Assembly: GCF_963921235.1 (NCBI RefSeq)
Contig: NC_086108.1
Coordinates: 102,860,001-102,924,000, forward strand
DNA length: 64,000 nt
Reading direction: 5' to 3'
Origin: Mobula hypostoma
Lineage: Eukaryota
Shown: positions 50,997-61,770 of the stretch, piece by piece
Numbering within the stretch: the first letter of the stretch is position 1
How the letters are laid out: the number at the start of each line of letters is the position of its first letter
The notes under the pieces: generated by a model
Told to the model about the DNA's origin: nothing
What the model saw: the letters and a program-made list of their open reading frames with translations, nothing else
The model's database searches: none
Translations under genes and position numbers: made by a program

Positions 50997-51878
50997 TTAC
51001 AGGTCAAGTCTGTCAGGCGGTCGAGTCCGTCGCTGTGATCTACGTAGCACCGGCGATGGCGGTTGTGCTGGTTCCGGCCTGACTTCAGGTGCCAGCACGT
51101 TAGGCGTCGGTAATCCCTCGTGCGTGTGCGTCGTGCCCAGTATGGGAGTGTCGTGTGGTGTCTGTATAGGGTTTGGGGTGCATGGTGTCTCGTAGGTACA
51201 TACATTGGTGGGTACGGGGTCAACAGTCACCACGGAGTGTTCAGGGTAGGGGCCCGGAGCTCCTGCGGGCGCCAGGTCGCGGATGGAGACTGTGTCCTCC
51301 CGCCCATCAGGTAAAACCACGTAGGCATACTGGGGGTTTGCATGAAGTAAGTAAACCCTCTCGACCATCGGGGAGTATTTATTGCTCCTCACATGTTTCC
51401 GAAGCAGCACTGGCCCCGGGGACGTCAGCCAAGATGGTAGGGTGGTTCCAGTGGTCGATTTTCTGGGAAAAGAAAAGAGCCACTCATGAGGGGTGGCATT
51501 GGTGGCTGTGCATAACAGGGAGCGGATGGAGTGGAGTGCCTCGGGAAGGACCTCCTGCCAGCGGGAGACCGGCAGTCCCTTTGACCTGAGGGCTAAGAGT
51601 GTGGCTTTCCACACCGTGCCATTCTCCTTCTCTACCTGTCCATTCCCCCGGGGATTATAGCTCGTGGTCCTACTGGTTGCAATTCCCCTAGCCAGTAGAT
51701 ATTGGCGCAGCTCGTCACTCATAAACGAGGACCCTCTGTCACTGTGGATATAGCATGGGTATCCGAACAGAGTGAAGAGCTTGCGCAGGGCTTTTATAAC
51801 TGACGTGGTAGTGGTGTCGGGGCAGGGGATGGCAAAGGGGAACCGCGAGTACTCATCAATTACGTTAAGAAAGTACAC
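50997..51878 (-). pseudogene. Gypsy integrase core and C-terminus
   Basis: IDEYSRF, IHSDRG, GNGQVEKEN, RRSQRRTRPPDRLDL; frameshifted from VDFKGP at ~51895. Confidence 0.92.
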
Positions 51879-53603
51879 ATTGCGGTCGGTGGAGGGAAGG
51901 GGCCCTTAAAGTCAACACTCAGTCGCTCAAAGGGGCGGGTGGCCTTGATGAGTGGTGCCTTTTCGGGTCGGTAGAAGTGCGGTTTGCACTCTGCGCAGAC
52001 TTGGCAGTCCCTGGTCATCATCCTGATCTCCTCAACGGAGTAAGGCAAGTTCCGGGCTTTCACGAAGTGGAAAAGCCGGGTGACTCCCGGGTGGCAAAGA
52101 TCTACATGTAGGGCGTTTAGCCAGTCGATCTGCGCGCTGGCACATGTTCCCCGGGATAGGGCATCGGAGGGCTCGTTGAGCTTCCCAGGCCTGTACATGA
52201 TGTCATAGTTGTAGGTGGAGAGTTCGATTCTCCACCTCAGAATTTTATCATTTTTGATTTTGCTCCGCTGTTGGTTATTAAACATGAATGCGACTGAGCG
52301 CTGGTCAGTTAGCAGGGTGAACCTTTTGCCGGCAGGATAGTGCCTCCAGTGCCTTATAGCTTCCACTATGGCCTGGGCCTCTTTCTCTACCGCAGAGTGC
52401 CGAATTTCAGGGCCTTGAAGGGTACGGGAGAAGAACGCCACTGGTCTTCCTGCCTGGTTGAGGGTAGCAGCCAGCGCAAAGTCGGAGGTGTCACTCTCTA
52501 CTTGGAAGGGAATGGCCTCATCCACCGCATGCATTGCTGCCTTGGCAATGTCCCCTTTTATGCGGTTGAAGGCCGCGTGGGCCTCGGCAGAGAGGGGGAA
52601 TGTGGTGGACTTGACCAGGGGGCGGGCCTTGTCTGCATAGTTAGAGACCCATTGGGCGTAATATGAAAAGAAGCCCAGGCACCTTTTGAGGGCTCTGAGG
52701 GTGTTGGGAAGAGGGAGTTCCAACAAGGGGCGCATACGGTCGGGGTCAGGGCCAATGACTCCATTCTCCACGACACATCCAAGGATAGCAAGTCGGGTGG
52801 TCCCTAATACACACTTGTCCTTGTTATAGGTGAGGTTGAAAGATTTGGCCGCTTGGAGAAATTTTTGGATGTTGTTGTCGTGATCCTGCTGGTCGTGACC
52901 ACAGATGGTGATATTATCCAGATATGGGAACGTGGCCTTCAGTTGGCACTGGTCCACAATCCGGTCCATTGCCCTCTGGAAGACAGATACACCATTTGTG
53001 ACACCAAAGGGGACGCGCAGGAATTGATAAAGCCTGCCGTCCGCCTCGAAGGCAGTGTAAGGGCGGTCCTCCCGGCGGATGGGGAGCTGATGGTAAGCGG
53101 ATTTTAGGTCTATGGTCGAGTACACCTTGTACTGTGCTATCTGATTGACCATATCCACGATGCGGGGTAGAGGGTACGCGTCGAGCTTGCGTGAACCTAT
53201 TGATGGTCTGGCTATAGTCCACGACCATCCTATTCTTCTCCCCGTCCCGAACAACCACCACCTGCGCCCTCCAAGGACTTGTGCTTGCCTCAATGACCCC
53301 CTCCCTGAGCAGCCGCTGCACCTCCGACTTAGTGAAAGCTCTGTCCCCCGCGCTGTACCTCCTGCTTTTAGTTGCCACGAGTTTACAGTCGGGGGTCAGG
53401 TTGGTGAACAGCGGTGGGGGAGGGATCCTGAGGGTCGAGAGGCCGCAAGTGGTGTCGGTGGTGTGGCAGTTGACATGATGTTGGGTGGGATGCGCGGGTC
53501 GGTGTGTGTGTGTGGTCAGTAGCGGGGTATGTGACATATCTCTACAAAACAGGGGATTTATGACAGTGATTGGCGGGAGGGGCCCATCATACTTCATTGT
53601 CAC
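51860..53603 (-). pseudogene. Gypsy RT, RNase H and integrase zinc finger (frameshift near 53190)
   Basis: DAYPLP, IDLKSAYHQ, PFGVTN, YLDN, SDTSD, EKEA, TDQRS, DALSR, H-H-CQVC. Confidence 0.93.
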
Positions 53604-53713
53604 ACTTTACAGGTGGCTCTGGAAGTCCAACCCCAACAGCACAGGGGCACACAGTTGAGGCTAGACCAGTAACTTAAAGTCCCGATATTCTGTGCCCTGC
53701 ACCACTAGCATCG

Positions 53714-54871
53714 CTACACAACCCCCCGGATGTCTGTTGTATGCGACCCGGAGGCCATGGTGACCCTCTGACTTACCGGCCATATCCTGAGTCCACAATG
53801 CTGCACCGTAGCCGGGTGGATAAAACTCTCCGTGCTGCCTGTGTCAAACAGGCAGCTTGTCCTGTGCCCCTCCACCAGGATGTCCATCATTGACCTTGCG
53901 AGCTGGTGGGGAGCGCTTTGGTCGAGGGTCACGGAAGCCAGGGTGGGGTCGCTATCTTGGTCCGGCGCGGTGGGGTGGCCCGTGAGCACCCGTTGGTCGT
54001 AGGCGGTGGGAGGTGGTGCCGACCAAGATGGCCGCCCCCATGTCTCGCACATGGTGGCGGCGTGCAGGGAAGATGGCGGCAGGGAAGATGGCGGCCCCCA
54101 TGTCTCACACGCGGCGCTGATCAATCCCGCTCGCGGTTTTGACTTACAGACCTTGGCGAAATGGCCCTTCTTTCCGCAGCTGGAACAGGTAGCTTGTCGG
54201 GCCGCGCAGCGTTTCCGGGGGTGCTTCTCCAGTCCGCAGAAGTAGCACTTCGTGGACTCACGACTGGCTGCAGCCGAGGTCAATTCGCCGGCAGGTTGCG
54301 GGGTCTGCGGTGCCCATGAGGCCATCGGGGGATCGCGTGCCTGGAGAGCCTCGGAGTTATGCAGAGCGGCCTCTAACGTATCAGCCAGCTCGATCGCCGA
54401 ACTTAGGGTAAGATCAGCTTTTTCCAGCAGCTGCTGGCGTACGTACACTGACCTGGTCCCCGTAACGAAGGCGTCTCTCACTAGGAGTTCTGCATGCTGC
54501 ACCGCCGTCAGCTCCTGGCAACTGCAGGCCCGCACGAGTGTCTGTAGGGCCCGGACAAATTCAGCACTCGATTCCCCGGACCGTTGATGCCGTGTCGCTA
54601 AGCGATGCTGAGCATAGACGCTGTTTATCGGCCGCAGGTATTGTCTTTTGAGTGCATTCATCGCGCCGTCGTAGTTCGGCTGGTCTCTGATCAGCGAATA
54701 AACCCGTGGACTGACCCTGGAGAGTAGAACTCTGCGCTTCGCTACGGGATCGGTCGCTTTAATCTCCTCTAGATACGCTTCGAAGCAGGCCAGCCAGAGT
54801 TCGAAAGCATTTCCAGCGTCAGGCATTTGCGGATCGAGGTCTAATTTTTCTGGTCTCAGGGCCTGTTCCAT
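53714..54871 (-). pseudogene. Gypsy gag-protease (385 aa open, frameshift near 53720)
   Basis: Two CCHC knuckles (CYFCGLEKHPRKRC, CSSCGKKGHFAKVC); protease LFDTGS. Confidence 0.92.
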
Positions 54872-54881
54872 GTTTTAAAAC

Positions 54882-54896
54882 GTACAGCGAATAAAA
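54882..54896 (-). promoter_or_regulatory. Non-tRNA primer-binding site, complementary to the element's own LTR
   Basis: TTTTATTCGCTGTAC 1 nt after the 5' LTR; exact complement of LTR 54952-54966. Confidence 0.8.
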
Positions 54897-54897
54897 T

Positions 54898-55131
54898 TGA
54901 AGCACCTTCAATTACTCCAAAAGACTGAGGCTTGGTAAAATACTGAAAGGCTTTTATTCGCTGTACAATATGACCTCCACAGTGAGTGTCTGCCCCCGGA
55001 CTGAGGGGGGCGAGGGGGGCAAGGCGAACACCTTTATACAGGATTCTGTGGGAGGAGCCACAGGGGCAGTCAGCAGAGGGGTGTGTCCAGACAGGTAACC
55101 GAGTTACAACATATATATATGGTTTACCACA
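54898..55131 (-). repeat. 5' LTR (234 bp) with TATAAA (55033-55038), Inr-like TCAGT (55000-55004) and AATAAA
   Basis: Differs from the 3' LTR by 5 substitutions and a 5-bp G-tract indel. Confidence 0.96.
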
Positions 55132-56209
55132 GTATGCCATACGTACTTTGTCACAATATGTCATTATATACTACCCTGAGATGCTTTTTCTTGCAGGCAT
55201 TCACAGTAGAACAAAACAATAGAATCAATGAACAACTACATGCAAGACTAACACACAACCAATGTGCAAAATGAGGCAAACTCTGCGAATACAAAAAATA
55301 AATATCATAAATTAATAGTAAATAAATAATACTGAAAACATGAGTTGTAGAATTCTTGAAAGTTAGTCCATAAATTATAGAATCAGTTCAGTGTTGAGGT
55401 AAGTGAAGGTTCCAGGAGCCTTGTGGTTGAAGGGTAATAACTGTTCCTGAACCTGGTGATTGTCAGAACTAAGGCTTCACACCAGTAAAATACAACTATC
55501 ACTGATAATAAATGAGCTGCCGGTTCATAACAGGAACTGAAGTCATAAGGATTAGTAGAAAGGTCAGGAATAATAAATTAATCCAGATAATTACTCAATC
55601 TGCCTCACTATGAATAGATCCGTCAACATTATAATTTATATGACGAATTATTCTACCGGTGAAATTAACTAAGTGAGGAGTGATCTCTATCCTTGATGAG
55701 CAGATTAGGGAGACATTTCATTAACCACTATGTCACTGGGGCACTGAGGACAATTCCTGTCCCGTTGAAGCTGAAGTGTTGATGTCTTCTTTGGTACTGA
55801 AATGAATTGATTTGGCATTTCAGTCATAAAGTCGTAGAACACTGCAGCATAAAAACAAGCCCTTTAGCTCCTCTGGTTGCGTATCGAACTACTAATCTGC
55901 CAACTCTCATCAACCAGCACCTGGGCAATATCCCACCATACCCCTCCCAGAATGTTTCTACACAAATTTCTCTAAAAATGTTGAACACACTTTCAAAGAT
56001 TCTTCATCTCATGTTCTCAATGTTATTCCTAATTTATTTATTATTATTTCTTTTTTTTACACTGTGTGTTGTCTTTTGCACACTGATTGAATGCCCAAGC
56101 TGATGCAGTCTTTCATTGATTCTATTACTGAGTATGCCCACAAGAAAATGAATCTCAGGGTTGAATATTGTGACATATATGTACTTTGATAATAAATTTA
56201 CTGTGAACT

Positions 56210-56950
56210 AAGTTGAAATCGAACCTGCATCCACCACTTACAGATTGTGGATGATCAGCCATGATCACAGTGAATGGTGGTGCTGGCTCGAAGGGCTGAA
56301 TGGCCTACTCCTGCACCTATTATCTATTATTATCTATTATCACTTCCATTGCCAGCTCATTCCACGCTCTCACCACCCTCTGAATGAAGATGTTTCCCCT
56401 TGCGTTCCCCTTAAACATTTTGCCCTTCATCCTTAACCTATGACCTCTAGTTCTACTCTCACCAAACCTCAGTGGAAAAAGCTTGCTTACATTTACTCTA
56501 TCTGTACCCCTCAATTTTATATCCCTGGTGTGCAGGTATATATAGCATGCAGGAGTTTCTTTACGCTGGTGATAGTCCGGCTGACAAACTCGGGAGGCCT
56601 GAGACATATTAAGAGGAATAGATAGAGTGGACAGCCAGCGCCTCTGCCCCCAGGGCACCACTGCTCAATACAAGAGGACATGGCTTTAAGGTAAGGGGTG
56701 GGAAGTTCAAGGAGGATATTAGAGGAAGGTTTTTTACTCAGAGAGTGGTTGGTGTGTGGAATGCACTGCCTGCGTCAGTGGTGGAGGCAGATACACTAGT
56801 GAAATTTAAGAGACTACTATACAGGTATATGGAGGAATTTAAGGTGGGGGCTTATATGGGAGGCAGGGTTTAAGTGTCGGCACAACACTGTGGGCCAAAG
56901 GGCCTGTACTGTGCTGTACTGCTCTTGGTTCTATGTTCTATGTTCTATGA
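56210..56950. mobile_element. Cluster of CR1 3' fragments in both orientations
   Basis: Minus copy ~56210-56520 with a plus tail at 56245-56340; plus copy 56600-56950 with (TTCTATG)n. Confidence 0.8.
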
Positions 56951-57002
56951 AGAAAGGGGCAGAGGGATCCTGGACTAGTCTAGTTCAAGTTATTAGATAT
57001 TA

Positions 57003-57760
57003 GGTGACATGGTAGTGGAGCAATTAGTGCAAAACTTTACACAACCAGCTATAAGATCGAGCTTCAATTCCCGTCCCTGTTGCAGTGAGATTGTATGCTA
57101 TCCTCCTGTGACTACATGGGTTTCCTCCAGATGCTCCAGTTTCCTCCAACATTCCAAAGATGTATAGTTGGAATTAGTGAGTTGTGGGCATGCTATGTTG
57201 GAGCCACTTGTGGGCTGCCACAGGCACATCCCCGGACTGTATCGATCATTGACATAAACAATGTATTTTACTGTATGCTTTATTATTTCAATGTGCAGTA
57301 CTGTGCAAAAGTGTTAGGTACACATATATATATATGGAGCATGACTTCTACACAGTCCTGTTGGGAATGGCAAGGGTGGAGCATCGTGGGAGGCTGTGGG
57401 ACAGGTGGCAGAGAAGAAGTGCCTTGGGCAGGAGAGAGACAGCAGGGGAGCAGACACAGCCAGCCCTGAGACATCAGGCAAGACCATTTGATTCTAAACA
57501 ATTGGTTCATTGAATATAACAGCATGTTGCTCCGGTGCTTCCCGCTCCCTCTTGTTTTCCCAACCACGATGCCCCTCTTCCTGCCCCCTTCCCACACTCA
57601 GTCCACAATTGAGACTCATATCGCAATCAGATTTATCATCACTCACATATGTCAAGAAATTTGTTTTTATTTAATTGTAGAAGTCTTAGACACCCCAGCT
57701 ATATACATGTGCCGAAGACTTTTGCATAGTACTGTACATGTCACAAATAAAAAAAAATCT
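57003..57760 (+). mobile_element. V-SINE-like SINE with a MITE in its tail
   Basis: ttcaattccc B box, gggtttcctccagatgctccagtttcctcc; tail resumes tacatgtcacaaataaa. Confidence 0.7.
57296..57734. mobile_element. Tc1/mariner-type MITE
   Basis: TIRs CAGTACTGTGCAAAAGT / ACTTTTGCATAGTACTG; TA on the right, TG on the left. Confidence 0.82.
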
Positions 57761-57764
57761 CATC

Positions 57765-58890
57765 TAAAGTAAGGAGGCATGGGATCCAAGGGGACATTTC
57801 TTTGTGGATCCAGAACTAGCTTGCCCACAGAAGGCAAAGTGTGGTTGTAGATGGGTCATATTCTGCATGGAGGTTGGTGACCAGTGGTGTGCCATAAGGA
57901 TCTGTTCTGGGACCCCTACTCTTTGTGATTTTTATAAATGATCTGGATGAGGAAGTGGAGGGATGGGTTGGTAAATTTTCTGATGACACAAAGGTTGAGG
58001 GTGTTGTGGATAGTGTGGAGGGCTGTCAGAGGTTACAGCGGGTATTGATAGGATGTAAAACTGGGCTGACAAGTGGCAGATGGAGTTCAACTCAGATAAG
58101 TGTGAGGTGGTTCATTTTGGTAGGTCAAATATGATGGCAGAATATAGTATTAATGGTAAGACTCTTGGCAGTGTGGAGGATCAGAGGGATCTTGGGGTCC
58201 AAGTCCATAGGACATTCAAAGCTGCTGTGCAGATTGACTCCGTGCTTAAGAAAACATACGGTGCATTGGCCTTCATCAATCGTGGCATTGAGTTTAGGAG
58301 CTGAGGGGTAACGTTGCAGCTATGTAGGAACCTGGTCAGACCCCACTTGGAGTACTGTGCTCAGTTCTGGTCGCCTCACTACAGGAAGGATGTGGAAGCC
58401 ATAGAAAGGATGCAGAGGAGATTTACAAGGATGTTGCCCGGATTGGGGAGCATGAATTATGAGAATAGGTTGAGTGAACTCGGCCTTTTTTCCTTGGAGT
58501 GACGGAGGATAAGAGGTGACCTGATAGAGGTGTATAAGATGATGAGAGGCATTGATCGTGTGGATAGTCAGAGGCTTTTTCCCAGGGCTGAAATGGCTAG
58601 CATGAGAGGGCACGGTTTTAAGGTGCTTGGAAGTAGGTAGAGAGGAGATGTCAGGGGTAAGTTTTTTTATGCAGAGAGTGGTGAGTGCGTGGAATGGGCT
58701 GCCGGCAACAGTGGTGGAGGCAGATATGATAGGGTCTTTTAAGAGACTCCTGGATAAGTACATGGAGCTTAGAAAAATAAAGGGCTATGGGTAACCTTAG
58801 GTAATTTCTAAGGTAAGGACATGTTCAGCACATCTTTGTGGGCCAAAGGACCTGTATTGTGCTGTAGGTTTTCTATGTTCTATGTTTCTA
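57765..58890 (+). mobile_element. CR1 3' part (RT) pseudogene
   Basis: IFINDLDEE...FSDDTK, RPHLEYCAQFW; (TATGTTC) tail. Confidence 0.92.
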
Positions 58891-59286
58891 ATCTATGGGT
58901 GGTGGAGTGGAGATATGTCTCTACCAAAGGAGGTATAAGTTGCTCCTTCCCTCTGCTAGTCTGCAGGTCACCCTTGGGCAAGGTGGAGCACCTGCTTAAC
59001 ACACCTCCCCACCAATTCAGGGTCAGTTGAAACCGTGGAAGCAGGTGGTGGATGGTCATATGAGCAGCCGGTGCGTACCGCAAGTCCTGGTTATGTGACC
59101 AAGCAAGCAATCTGAAGAATATTGATAATGGCTGGCAACACCCATTTTGTAAAGATTCTGCCCAGAAGAAGGCAATAGCAAACCAGTTCTGTCAAAAAAT
59201 TTGCCAGGAACAATTATGGTCATGGTAAGAATATGATCGCCCATGTCATACGAGATGGCAAATAATGAATGAACAGCTAATCTAAT

Positions 59287-59858
59287 TGTAACTCTCGCTT
59301 CGGTTGGCGGCTTAGTATAGGGAATAATAACACCCCCAGCCCAGCCAAACTTAAGTAATCTCGTTTGGGTGGATGTTGCACAATCTGTCCCCTGTTAAAA
59401 ATCAGTACCCCGAAATAACAAACAGTACACAATATGCGATTAAACAATTGAGCCTTATAATTCTTAATTTGACTATACGGTTAGTAAAGAAAACGAAAAA
59501 AAAAGAAAAAGGGCCCATTCTCATGAGACAGTTGGAGCTCACTGATAAGGTCATACGTCCATCATTGACCTCCTCCGATCGTCACTGACCTTTGGACCCT
59601 CGCTCCAAGTCCACTCCGTCTAGCGGCCTACCAACTCTCTCCATTCATGTCTTCTCTCCTCATCTCTCCTTGGCAAAAGACTGCGAATTCCCGGCTCCCA
59701 GACATGCAAGAAAGAACAACATCCCGCTCACTGGCTAACATGCCCTGTTATCTGTAGTCACAACCCAAACATTGCTGCTACAGTGAAACCATTACCCTAG
59801 CAGTGGAACATTACAGAGAGACCATTACATTAGCAGTGAATCCTTACAGCATGTTACA
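59287..59858. mobile_element. Solo LTR (572 bp)
   Basis: Termini TGTAAC / GTTACA; 4-bp TSD TAAT (59283-59286, 59859-59862). Confidence 0.85.
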
Positions 59859-60509
59859 TAATCTAAAAAATGAAGCTAATTTTTAGATCAACTTTTCATA
59901 GTCCCAGCTGCACCAATTCAATCCTGAGCTCCAGTGCTCCCTGTGTGAATTTAGTTAGTTCTTCCAGTGAACCTCCTAGTGTTCTGGCATCTTTCCACAT
60001 CCCAAGGTGGCGGGTTAAATGGTCACTGTAGATTGCATGTAGGGGAAGGGTAGGGCATAGCATGAGTGTCAGGGGAGAATGGAGTGGTTCTTGATGAGAA
60101 AGTGAGGAGGCTCAGTCACAAGTCTCATTTAAGAAAGACTTTGAAAGAATTTTAAGTATTAAGGGAAACAATGGAAATGGGATAAGGGCAGAGAAATGGA
60201 GCTGAGGTGGAAGTTCGACCCTGATCTTTTCAAAGAGCAAAGCAGCCTCAGGGAGCCAAGCTCTTTCTCAAGTTCTTGGTGTTTTTGTGAACCGGCTGAA
60301 AATGAGATAGAGGAGGGGTGTAAATGATATATTTTATTACCTAGAGATGTTGCAAAGGGTTTGAGTATCTTCAAGAAACTGTTGTCTCTGTCCCCCCCCC
60401 CCACCCCCATTTCAAATAGTTTTCTAGCCAGTGAAGAGCAAATGTGTGTTGCAGAACTCTTTAGTCGGAATGGAACAAGTGATCAAAAGCTGAGGTAGAT
60501 GCCACTTGT

Positions 60510-60640
60510 GGATGATTCTGCAGATGCTGGAAATCCAGAGTAACACACACAAAATGCTGGAGGAATTCAGCAGATCAGGCAGCATGTTTGGAGTGGAACA
60601 AAGAGTCGGCATTTTGGGCCAAGACTTTGATGAAGTCTTG
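60510..60640 (-). mobile_element. Penelope-derived terminal fragment
   Basis: ctgcagatgctggaaatccagag...gtcggcattttgggccaagac. Confidence 0.75.
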
Positions 60641-61325
60641 TGGAAAAGTTCTTTACTTAGAGTAACAAAATGGTACTTTTGTCTGTAACAAAATGGAACC
60701 TGTGTTGTACCAGAGTGATTTGCTAATAGTGTTTGTGCAACATTATGCCAGTGAAACCTGAGTCCTTGACAAACTGCAGACCAGCGGAGTTGATTACTGG
60801 AAGAATGTCAAGCACATTAATTAAGCAGGTGAATGGAATGCACCCTGTTCTTGAACTGATGCACTGTGGCTGTATGTGTGTATAAAGGAATGACTATACT
60901 GTCTTTTTTGAAGCTATCATGAGTTCTTGTGCAGTGCTAGTCTACCCTTGCTGCAAGCAAAATAAGTGCACTTATGATTGATCCAGTCTGAGTTTTGTTA
61001 TTAGACGTAGCAAAAACGTAAGGGTCTTGACCCAAAACATCAACTTTTTATTCATGTCCATCATGATTGGAATTGGTTTATTATTGTCACATGTCTCCTA
61101 GAAGAGGAAATTGACCTCTCCCATCCCTGGCACGTGGTCCTAACTACCCTCAGTCAGCAGACATCATGTTGTCACTTCTGACCGTGGACTCTGAAACGGG
61201 TGCTCTGTTCCGAGTTCTTTAACAGGAAGGATAGGCTTGAGCCTCCTTGGGAAAAATGCAGCACCCCCACTGACTCCTAGAAATCACTGACCCATGACTC
61301 ACTAAAGTGGGCTTAGACTGGGAGC

Positions 61326-61770
61326 AACACACATAAAAGTTGCTGGTGAACACAACGGGCCAGGCAGCATCTCTAGGAAGATTCTTTTTCTCTCTCTCCT
61401 TTTTCTCCCTCTGTCCCTCTCACTATACTCCTTGTCCATCCTCCAGGCTTCCCCCCTGCCCTTTTTTTCTCCCTAGGCCTCCCATTCCATGATCCTCTCA
61501 TATCCCTTTTGCCAATCAACTGTCCAGCTCTTGGCCTCATCCCTCATCCCTCCCCCTCCTGTCTTCTCCTAACGTTTTGGATCTCCCCCTCCCCCTCCCA
61601 CTTCCAAATCTCTTACTAGCTCTTCTTTCAGTTAGTCCTGGCGAAGGGTCTCTGCCTGAAACGTCGACTGTACCTCTTCTTAGAGATGCTGCCTGACCTG
61701 CTGCGTTCACCAGCAACTTTTATGTGTGTTGCTTGAAATTCCAGCATCTGCAGAATTCCTCGTGTTTGCA
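61326..61770 (+). mobile_element. Penelope-like insertion: inverted 5' segment, pyrimidine-rich UTR, hammerhead motif and terminus
   Basis: TSD TTAGACTGGGAGC at 61313-61325 and 61771-61783; 61323-61380 is the inverse of 61676-61733. Confidence 0.9.
61634..61669 (+). ncRNA. Minimal type I hammerhead ribozyme motif (core A6>G)
   Basis: AGTC CTGGCGA A GGGTCTCTGCCT GAAA CGTC GACT; stem I AGTC/GACT, GUC triplet. Confidence 0.65.

Larger units (their letters stand above)
50699..55131 (-). mobile_element. Full-length young Gypsy LTR retrotransposon (4433 bp)
   Basis: TG...CA LTRs, 5-bp TSD GTATG (50694-50698, 55132-55136), gag-PR-RT-RH-IN order; inserted in a Rex1-type 3' UTR. Confidence 0.97.

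Noticed and set aside
52340..54587. Plus-strand ORFs overlapping the Gypsy element
   Set aside because: Antisense shadows of GC-rich coding sequence
60680..60840. Possible coding exon in unique sequence
   Set aside because: Frames examined close quickly and no protein resemblance was recognised
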